DNA of 12,918 nucleotides from Chlamydiales bacterium (GTDB lineage Bacteria > Chlamydiota > Chlamydiia > Chlamydiales > JBDQID01): NCBI GenBank assembly GCA_047611865.1, contig JBLFWS010000098.1:1-12918 (forward strand), in the 5' to 3' direction. The translations under genes were made by a program, and so were the position numbers. The notes beneath the pieces were generated by a model. That model did no database searches, was not told the DNA's origin, and saw only the letters and a program-made list of their open reading frames with translations. Positions 5,883-12,871 of the stretch are shown piece by piece. Within the stretch, counting starts at the first letter, position 1, and every line of letters begins with the position of its first letter.

Positions 5883-8465
5883 ATGAAGTATATTCGCACA
5901 TTCCTTACCTCTCTTCTCTTTTTGCAGTTGCCAATAGCCTCTGCTTCAGAAGACAATGGCACTGTTGCAGAAGTACCCCCAACGACAGGAGATGAGTTCT
6001 TCCCTCCTGTTCAGCCTGGTGATGAATCAGATCGCAAGAGCATAGCTCAAAAGATCACTCGTCGTGTGTATTATCCCAATGGAAGTTTGGAAAAAATTGA
6101 AACCTTAACTCGTAGTGAAGGTGGAGATTTCGTTGAGCACGGGGTTGAAGTCCAGTTTTATCCAAATGGAAAATTTATGAGTCGTGGACTGATTGTACAA
6201 GGGAAGCAAAGTGGCAAATGGGTTTTCGTTGATGAGTCAGGTGAAATACGGCAAGGAGAATTCCAGAATGGGGAGCGATCCGGTACTTGGAAGTTGTGGT
6301 CGCCGGAAAAGCAGCTTTTACTAAGTGAGCAGTTCATTGGAGACCAGCTTCATGGCCCAAGGAGAACCTATCATCAGAACGGGAAGTCAGCGAGTAGTGC
6401 GTTTTATTCATACGGTATTAAGCAAGGAACCGAGACATTCTGGCATCCCAATGGGAATAAAGCCGTAGAAGTTCATTGGGTAAATGGACAGAGACACGGA
6501 CGTGTGAACAAGTGGGCGGGAAATGGTCAGATCTTCCTTGATGGTAATTACTTTATGGGATTACCGGAAGGAAACTGGGGATGGCGAGATCTAGATGGTA
6601 GGCTTTTAAAGTCTACAACATTTAAAGATGGTACCGGCGCATTATACGATTATGCTTTTGTGAAGCTGACAAATGATGATGAAGGAAGGATGCTGCTGCA
6701 GTTAGAGAGTAGCTATAAAGATGGGAAATTGGATGGAGTTGAGACGACATATCATAAGAACGGCAATTTGCGGTCGGAGTATCATTATGAAGGAGGGAGA
6801 AAAAATGGGAAGTTTCGTGAGTGGTTTACAGGTGGATATTTAAAGGTAGAAGGGCAAAATTCTAATGATAAGCCTTCAGGGGTTATTAAAGAATATTATC
6901 CCCCTGATCCAGATGAAAGCGTTGTTCGAACTGTATTACACAAAGAAACCACTTATATTGAGGGAAAGGACAAAGCAACTCTGATAGAATATTCTCCTAA
7001 AGGACTTAAAACCTCTGTTAGAGACTTGAAAGATGGTCAGAGTCATGGATCTGTTCAGGAATACTATGATGACGGAACTTTGAAACTTACAGGCTCGTTT
7101 ATTAATGGACTCAAAGATGGGGAATGGAAGGAGTTTTTTCAAGATGGCAATGAACGATTTCTTTACAACTACACCTTAGATAAACTTAATGGGAAATATA
7201 AGAGTTGGCATGAAGTAATACAACCAGTACTGGAAGAGGGTGTGGAAGCCCCTGAGGAGAAACCAACAGCGACGATGAAGGAAGAGGGAGCTTACTCCAA
7301 TGGTCAGAAAGAGGGTCCATGGCAGACCTGGTATTCCAACGACTCATTACAGTCTCAAGTTCCTTATCAAAATGGCCTGGAAGATGGCAATTATAAGGAG
7401 TGGTGGCCCAAATATACCGATTCTGATGAAGACGCAATATTGAAAGCCGAAGGGGATTTCGTATTGGGTAATAAAAATGGTATTTGGCAAACGTGGCATG
7501 CAAACGGTCTTATGGAGTCAAAGAATTACTTTGAGAATGGGGTTCGTGATGGTGTTCAAGAGGTGTGGTACGAGTATCTTATTCGCGATGAGCCTGTATT
7601 AAAACTAAGAGGAGAATACAAAAAGGGCAAAAAACATGGGCAAGGCCTTGCTTATTTCGCTGACAGCAAGTTGGAGATATTGCAAACATACGATATGGAT
7701 CAGCTGGAAGGCCCTTATGAAGAGTATTATTCGACGGGTATTTTGAAGAGTATAGGAAGCTTTAGCAATGGTGTTTTGGAGGGAGATTTCAAAGTATATC
7801 ATCCTAACAAGAAACTGAAAGAGGAACACTACTATACGGGAGGGCATAAAGATGGTTCTTATGCCACCTACCATGAGAAGGGTAAGTTGGAATCTAAGGG
7901 CCGCTATCGCAGAGATATTCCTGTAGGCCTCTGGCAGTGGTTTGATGAAGATGGAAAGACCATTTTAGCTTCCAGCAATTTTGAGGATGGTAGAGGAACC
8001 ATGTACGAGTTTTATCCCAATGGACAAAAGAAAGTCGAAGTGGAATATGTTGATGGAATGAAACATGGAAGAGAAATTCGTTGGTATAGAGAGGGAGTCA
8101 TACGTAGTGAGACGCTTTATCACCGTGGACTTATTAATGGTAGTCGTAAAGAGTTTCACGAATCAGGACAGCGATTGACAGAAAGTACTTGGATATACGG
8201 TCGGCGGAATGGGACTTTCTTGTCTTGGTATGGGAACCAGAAGCAACAAATGAGTTTATACTTTGTTGATGATGTACCTCATGGGCAGATGACAGAATGG
8301 TATGAAAACGGCAAACTAAAGGCAACAGGAACATGGGTTCAGGGAAAGCGTAATGGCGACTGGAGTTGGTTTGATCGTTATGGACAAAAGATTCTTTTGC
8401 AAAATTATGATATCGGAATCCTTGTATCTACTGAGAGAGAAGTGGAAGCTTCTTCTTCTGAGTGA
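5883..8465 (+). CDS. Exported MORN2/YwqK-type repeat protein with about 30 tandem ~24-aa repeats
   Basis: Signal peptide ending ASA-S, acidic Pro-rich linker, then repeats of the pattern (H/D/N)G-x-W-x-x-(W/Y)-Y-x-NG-x-x-x-x-x-G-x-Y-x-x-G-x-K running to the C-terminus. No other domain is recognisable. Confidence 0.9.
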   Translation: MKYIRTFLTSLLFLQLPIASASEDNGTVAEVPPTTGDEFFPPVQPGDESDRKSIAQKITRRVYYPNGSLEKIETLTRSEGGDFVEHGVEVQFYPNGKFMSRGLIVQGKQSGKWVFVDESGEIRQGEFQNGERSGTWKLWSPEKQLLLSEQFIGDQLHGPRRTYHQNGKSASSAFYSYGIKQGTETFWHPNGNKAVEVHWVNGQRHGRVNKWAGNGQIFLDGNYFMGLPEGNWGWRDLDGRLLKSTTFKDGTGALYDYAFVKLTNDDEGRMLLQLESSYKDGKLDGVETTYHKNGNLRSEYHYEGGRKNGKFREWFTGGYLKVEGQNSNDKPSGVIKEYYPPDPDESVVRTVLHKETTYIEGKDKATLIEYSPKGLKTSVRDLKDGQSHGSVQEYYDDGTLKLTGSFINGLKDGEWKEFFQDGNERFLYNYTLDKLNGKYKSWHEVIQPVLEEGVEAPEEKPTATMKEEGAYSNGQKEGPWQTWYSNDSLQSQVPYQNGLEDGNYKEWWPKYTDSDEDAILKAEGDFVLGNKNGIWQTWHANGLMESKNYFENGVRDGVQEVWYEYLIRDEPVLKLRGEYKKGKKHGQGLAYFADSKLEILQTYDMDQLEGPYEEYYSTGILKSIGSFSNGVLEGDFKVYHPNKKLKEEHYYTGGHKDGSYATYHEKGKLESKGRYRRDIPVGLWQWFDEDGKTILASSNFEDGRGTMYEFYPNGQKKVEVEYVDGMKHGREIRWYREGVIRSETLYHRGLINGSRKEFHESGQRLTESTWIYGRRNGTFLSWYGNQKQQMSLYFVDDVPHGQMTEWYENGKLKATGTWVQGKRNGDWSWFDRYGQKILLQNYDIGILVSTEREVEASSSE

Positions 8466-9295
8466 AAGGATTTGTGTTGGAAGATCTGGAACAGAGTAGA
8501 ATCGGAATTTTTGATTCGGGGATCGGTGGCCTGACGGTTATGCGGGCGGTAATAAAGCGAATGCCCCATGAAAATATAGTCTATTTTGGTGACACAGCAC
8601 GTGTTCCATATGGATGCAAGAGCAGCAAAACCGTAGAAAGGTATTCCATAGAGAACGCAATCTTTCTTATGGAGCAGAACATTAAAGTTCTTGTAGTGGC
8701 CTGTAACACAGCTTCGGCATTTGCTGTGGATAAATTAAGAAGAATCTTTAATGTCCCCATTGTTGATGTTGTGGAGCCTAGTGTTCAGAGAGCTATCGAG
8801 AAGACAAAAAATGGACGTATAGCTGTACTGGGTACCAAAGCGACCATTAAGTCAGGGATTTATCAACAATTAATCCACAAAACTTCTAGTAAATTGGAAG
8901 TCTTTTCAGTTTCTTGTCCTCTTTTTGTTCCTCTAGTAGAAGAAGGCCTTACCAATCATCCTATCACTGAGTTAGCGATAAAAGAGTATCTTCTTCCGCT
9001 TCTGGAAAAAAAGGTGGACACTGTGATTTTGGGCTGTACACATTACCCTCTTCTTGGGGAGGCTATTTCAAAAACTCTTGGTAAAGCTGTTAAGGTAATT
9101 GATTCAGCAAGCTGCTGCGCTGAGGAGATAGAGAGAGTTCTAGAGCTAAGGGGGACTAAAATGAAATATCGAAGCACGAGCAGTCACGGTTATTTTGTTT
9201 CTGATGATCCTGAAAAGTTCAGAAAGCATGGAGAAATTTTTCTTGGGCATGCCATTGAAAATGTCGTAGCAACGAATAACACTTGCTTCCTGTAA
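8462..9295 (+). CDS. murI: Glutamate racemase
   Basis: Motifs IGIFDSGIGGLTV, YFGDTARVPYG, ACNTAS (catalytic Cys 1) and LGCTHYP (catalytic Cys 2). The GTG start overlaps the upstream TGA. Confidence 0.97.
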   Translation: MKGFVLEDLEQSRIGIFDSGIGGLTVMRAVIKRMPHENIVYFGDTARVPYGCKSSKTVERYSIENAIFLMEQNIKVLVVACNTASAFAVDKLRRIFNVPIVDVVEPSVQRAIEKTKNGRIAVLGTKATIKSGIYQQLIHKTSSKLEVFSVSCPLFVPLVEEGLTNHPITELAIKEYLLPLLEKKVDTVILGCTHYPLLGEAISKTLGKAVKVIDSASCCAEEIERVLELRGTKMKYRSTSSHGYFVSDDPEKFRKHGEIFLGHAIENVVATNNTCFL

Positions 9296-9454
9296 TCGAG
9301 AGCTAATTCTGAAGAATTCCTGAGCTGTGGTACATCGGAATGAGAAGTAACTGCTACAGTTTTAATGAGCTTACTCTGTTATAGCCAAAATGGGTTAGTT
9401 TGACGCTTGTCTGTAGCAATCTAACCCACATTGAGTATATGAACCCTTATATTC

Positions 9455-9985
9455 TTACGGGTTAGAATTTTTCCTTCTTTTGTTTCTTATAAATGTGGCA
9501 GCTGCAAGAACAGCAAGGGTTGTTATGGAAATGATAGCAAAAGGGGATCGCCTATGTGAGTTTGAAATTTTTTTTGCTGGAGACATGCGGTAGTATTGTA
9601 GGGGACTGCCTAGCTGATTCTTTTGAATATCAATAATGAACTTGCCTTGTAAGGTAACAGCTTTGTTTATGTCGGATTTATTATAGGATCCATCAAGGAA
9701 GATTTGCTGAATGGCTTTTGTCGGAGACCCAGCACAACAGCTTTTTACATTGGGCTTTTCTGATAAGATCCATTTTCCAGTAGAAGTTTGAAAAAGAAAT
9801 CCTCGAACGACGACTTCCTTTTGATCAAGCTCATGAAGCTTTGATTCAAAAATAGCATCAATGCCCTCAGTTTTAACGAGCTCAGCGGTGTCTGAGATTA
9901 AAATAAAGTCCAACGGATCTAAAGCCAAGGTGTCAGTTGAGAAGGTGATGGTCAATAGGACTAGAATTGACAAAAAAGTTTTCAT
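9455..9985 (-). CDS. Hypothetical exported protein with Cys-Cys motif and C-terminal TM anchor plus basic tail (DUF3299/DUF1980-like)
   Basis: 176-aa ORF with signal peptide (..TLA-L), LDQKEVVVRGF...SCCAG...VTLQGKF core, C-terminal FAIISITTLAVLAAATFI followed by RNKRRK. RBS-like GAAGG upstream on the - strand. Confidence 0.8.
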   Translation of the reverse strand: MKTFLSILVLLTITFSTDTLALDPLDFILISDTAELVKTEGIDAIFESKLHELDQKEVVVRGFLFQTSTGKWILSEKPNVKSCCAGSPTKAIQQIFLDGSYNKSDINKAVTLQGKFIIDIQKNQLGSPLQYYRMSPAKKISNSHRRSPFAIISITTLAVLAAATFIRNKRRKNSNP

Positions 9986-10087
9986 AGGTTTACCTTCTTT
10001 GTTTCTCTTTGAATGTATTCCATTTATAGTTTATGTTCGATAGTTTAAACCGTTGAATTTTTGAAATCCATAACTAAGGTTTCCGTT

Positions 10088-11311
10088 ATGTCAAATTTTC
10101 TATTTACGTCTGAGTCCGTGTCAATCGGTCACCCAGATAAAATAGCTGACCAAATATCCGATGCGGTATTAGATGCCTGTCTTGCTCAAGATCCACATGC
10201 AAAAGTTGCTTGTGAGACTCTAGTTAGCACAGGTTTGGTGGTACTGGCTGGTGAAATTACAACAGATGCAATAGTCGATTATCAGGCTGTTGTTAGAGAA
10301 ACAATTAAAAAAGCTGGATATACGAAAAGTGAATATGGCTTCGATTTCAATTCCTGTGCCGTTTTAGTTTCTCTCAATAAACAATCCCCTGATATCTCTC
10401 AAGGAGTTAAAGAAGGGCAAGGATTGTTTGGACAGCAGGGAGCTGGTGATCAGGGAATGATGTTTGGTTTTGCTTGTGACGAAACTCCAGAGCTTATGCC
10501 ACTTACACTTATGCTTTCTCACCAAATATTAGCCGAGCTTCAAAGAGTTCGAGAGAATGGAGAGATAGAATACCTTCGTCCTGATGCTAAGTCACAGGTA
10601 ACTGTAGAATATGATGAAGACCATCGACCCGTTCGAGTTCATACTGTTGTTGTCTCCACACAGCACTCCGAGGAAGTTGAATACGAAAAATTGGTTGCGG
10701 ATGTAAAAGCTTTAGTAAAGAGAGTGATTCCTGAAGAGTTTATTGATGATGAAACAATTTTTTATATCAATCCTACGGGACGTTTCGTTATTGGAGGGCC
10801 TACAGGGGACTGTGGTTTGACAGGAAGAAAGATCTCGGTTGATACATATGGTGGTATGGCAAGGCATGGTGGTGGGGCTTTTTCTGGTAAGGACCCAAGT
10901 AAGGTGGATCGATCAGCAGCTTATGCTGCACGATACGTAGCAAAAAATATCGTGGCCGCTAAATTAGCTCGTCGATGTGAAATTCAATTAGCTTATGCTA
11001 TTGGTTACCCCGAACCGGTGTCAATCAAGGTCGATACTTTTGGAACTGGAACAGTAAAAGACTCTGTGCTTTCAGATATTATTCCGAAACTTTTTGATTT
11101 ATCCGCTAAGGGAGTAATCAGGATGCTTGACTTGAAACGGCCCATCTATAGCGTTACGGCCTACGGAGGTCACTTTGGACGTGAAAATTTGGGACTACAA
11201 TGGGAAAAGACGGACTATGTTCAAGCTCTTTTAACAGCTGTGGAAGAAGAAATAGCTAACGAGAGAAATGAAGAGGATAGGCGGCCCTTGGGTGCCGTAT
11301 CGAAAAACTAA
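10088..11311 (+). CDS. metK: S-adenosylmethionine synthetase; ATG 10088 preferred over TTG 10061
   Basis: Motifs [45 protein letters not shown] and YGGHFGR. AAGGT at 10076-10080 precedes ATG 10088. Confidence 0.98.
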   Translation: MSNFLFTSESVSIGHPDKIADQISDAVLDACLAQDPHAKVACETLVSTGLVVLAGEITTDAIVDYQAVVRETIKKAGYTKSEYGFDFNSCAVLVSLNKQSPDISQGVKEGQGLFGQQGAGDQGMMFGFACDETPELMPLTLMLSHQILAELQRVRENGEIEYLRPDAKSQVTVEYDEDHRPVRVHTVVVSTQHSEEVEYEKLVADVKALVKRVIPEEFIDDETIFYINPTGRFVIGGPTGDCGLTGRKISVDTYGGMARHGGGAFSGKDPSKVDRSAAYAARYVAKNIVAAKLARRCEIQLAYAIGYPEPVSIKVDTFGTGTVKDSVLSDIIPKLFDLSAKGVIRMLDLKRPIYSVTAYGGHFGRENLGLQWEKTDYVQALLTAVEEEIANERNEEDRRPLGAVSKN

Positions 11312-11337
11312 TCAGCTTTATTTACCTTGGGATTTAA

Positions 11338-11369
11338 AAGAGTACGCCTTCGATGGAAGACGTACTCTT
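11338..11369. terminator. Hairpin after metK, probable intrinsic terminator (possibly bidirectional)
   Basis: aagagtacg-c-cttc [gatg] gaag-a-cgtactctt: 14-bp stem with one mismatch, starting 26 nt after the stop. The U-tract is better on the - strand. Confidence 0.6.
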
Positions 11370-11474
11370 GGAAAGAAAGTAGTCTTTTTCAATTTCCTAT
11401 TTTTGTAAGGTGATAGGAAATCTTCAAATTGTTAGTATGAAATTTGAAAACATCAAATAACACCGTGAGTAAGA

Positions 11475-12278
11475 ATGGATTGTCCTCTTTGTGGTGCAGA
11501 TAATCATGATTCAGCAAAGGTGTGCTACATTTGTGATTCGGCCTTCGTGGGGAATTCTGTAAATTTAGATGAAGAAATTCAGGTTGGAAATTTAGAGACA
11601 AAGCCCAGAGAGTTTACTTACAAAAGAGTACTTACTTATTTGGGTCTGCTTCTTTTGATTGCCATCCCTTGGTTTTTGATGGGTGATCTCTTTCAAAGCC
11701 CTAGCGGGGTTGTAAAATCTCGTCAGGAATTCTTTGTGATAAAATCCAGCTATGAAAAGGACAAAGATCGTTGGGATTTTCAAAAAGATCAAATTTTGGA
11801 AGTTATGAATTTACATCGTCTGGATGACGATATTGGTAAAGAGAAGTTATTGTTCGAGTCGATCCCTCTGGAAATAATGATGGCTTATTTGATTGATGAT
11901 TTGGAAATATCTAAAAGATTTGAAGATTTGGTGATATTTCCCGCTTACGCATTAAAGCAGCCGAAAATAATTCTTAGCAAATATGAAAGTAAGATATGGC
12001 CTTTTCAAATTCCACTTTCATTGGAAATCGAAATTTATGACGATGGAGATAAGCTAGAGGCTAAATTTCTTCGTTTACAGCGTGGCAAGAGAGAGGTGCC
12101 ATCCGCTCTTGCATGGGTGTATTTTGGGACAGAACTACAAGCATTGCGAAGTTTTACGGAGTTTTCAGGGGGGCTTCGGGGTTTAAAGCTATACAGAAAA
12201 GAGAATGTAGAAGATCAGAGCAAGCCTACAGAGTTACTCCTTTCCTGGAAATATTTCCATAGATCTATATTCCGCTAA
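11475..12278 (+). CDS. Zinc-ribbon-domain membrane protein of unknown function
   Basis: N-terminal CPLCG-x6-AKVCYIC (CxxC-x10-CxxC), one TM segment (VLTYLGLLLLIAIPWFLM), and a roughly 195-aa soluble C-terminal domain. Confidence 0.85.
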   Translation: MDCPLCGADNHDSAKVCYICDSAFVGNSVNLDEEIQVGNLETKPREFTYKRVLTYLGLLLLIAIPWFLMGDLFQSPSGVVKSRQEFFVIKSSYEKDKDRWDFQKDQILEVMNLHRLDDDIGKEKLLFESIPLEIMMAYLIDDLEISKRFEDLVIFPAYALKQPKIILSKYESKIWPFQIPLSLEIEIYDDGDKLEAKFLRLQRGKREVPSALAWVYFGTELQALRSFTEFSGGLRGLKLYRKENVEDQSKPTELLLSWKYFHRSIFR

Positions 12279-12353
12279 TAGGTGGGCACCGCAGTGGTGT
12301 ATGATAATTAGCTTAAGTTCTTGAATTTGTCTCGGCATATGTGGTTAAACGTG

Positions 12354-12456
12354 ATTTTATACCGAAACGACTTCAAGAATCGGTTTTAGTCCCGATCTTT
12401 TTTCGCCTGACGAACCTTGAAAATTCTGATTCATGAAGTTATTTCGGTATAGAAAT
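12354..12456. mobile_element. MITE-like inverted-repeat element with TATA ends
   Basis: 12358-12383 tataccgaaacgacttcaagaatcgg versus the reverse complement of 12426-12451 (tataccgaaataacttcatgaatcag): 22/26 identical, outer 10 bp perfect, 42-nt interior. Confidence 0.6.
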
Positions 12457-12596
12457 TGGGATGGTTCAGAAAGAGGATTTTTTAGGTAACAAAAAGGGTT
12501 GTGGGATTATGCCGTTAGAATATGTCTAATTGCCAAAATTGCGAAGGCTAAATCGAGAAAAGTAAAGCTATGCTTAAGCTACCTGTTCTTGAAGTA

Positions 12597-12691
12597 TTGG
12601 AGAGGTGCCACTACCGTGGCACGAAATGTGTATCGTTCATCCCCTGAGCTAAAGCACAGGGATATTTGGAGACAGAGCCACTACCGTGGCT
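12597..12691. repeat. Two direct copies of the hairpin GCCAC-TACC-GTGGC flanking an IS200/IS605-end-like hairpin
   Basis: gccactaccgtggc at 12607-12620 and 12677-12690, each preceded by ttggaga. The central hairpin is atcccctg-a-gc-taaa-gc-a-cagggat (12639-12663). Confidence 0.7.
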
Positions 12692-12794
12692 ATTAGGATT
12701 TATCCATAGCCGGCTTATTCAAATTAGCTAATAATGGGATAATTTTATTTCTTTGTTGGAGAGGGGTGTATAGGTGATTTCTTCTTAAGGCCGG

Positions 12795-12871
12795 TGCAAT
12801 TAACCACAAGGGTAACACTTTTGTTCACTCACATGGGTTACACTGTTTACCCACATGGGTAACACTTTTGT
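12795..12871 (+). mobile_element. Probable terminus of an IS21-family (or other Mu/Tn7-like) element: 5'-TG followed by three 15-bp direct repeats
   Basis: TGCAATTAAC, then cacaagggtaacact (12805-12819), cacatgggttacact (12830-12844) and cacatgggtaacact (12852-12866); periods 25 and 22 nt. Confidence 0.5.

Noticed and set aside
789..8334. Short - strand ORFs antisense to tolQ, tolA, tolB, pal, the LysM gene and the MORN gene
   Set aside because: They are shadow frames of well-supported + strand genes, with low-complexity Phe/Leu/Ser-rich translations and no motifs.
5883..8465. YwqK antitoxin of a toxin-antitoxin pair, or an RHS/YD toxin
   Set aside because: There is no neighbouring toxin gene, no RHS core terminus (DPxG) and no C-terminal toxin domain; the protein has a signal peptide and is repeat-only.
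9861..10043. 60-aa + strand ORF, and likewise the - strand ORFs 11389-11601 and 11592-11792
   Set aside because: They overlap better-supported genes on the opposite strand and have no recognisable features.
9986..10087. SAM riboswitch upstream of metK
   Set aside because: The gap is only 102 nt, AT-rich and shared with a divergent gene, and I see no SAM-I, SAM-II or SMK conserved core.
10061..10087. TTG 10061 as the metK start
   Set aside because: MetK homology begins at [11 protein letters not shown], and ATG 10088 has an SD-like AAGGT at suitable spacing.
12597..12691. Mini CRISPR array (repeat-spacer-repeat)
   Set aside because: Only two copies, only 14 nt identical, the spacer is itself a hairpin, and there are no cas genes in the window.
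12499..12696. 65-aa + strand ORF with GTG start
   Set aside because: No recognisable motif, and it runs across the hairpin cassette; most likely spurious.
12805..12866. CRISPR array from the three 15-bp repeats
   Set aside because: Repeats are too short and the gaps are only 7-10 nt.
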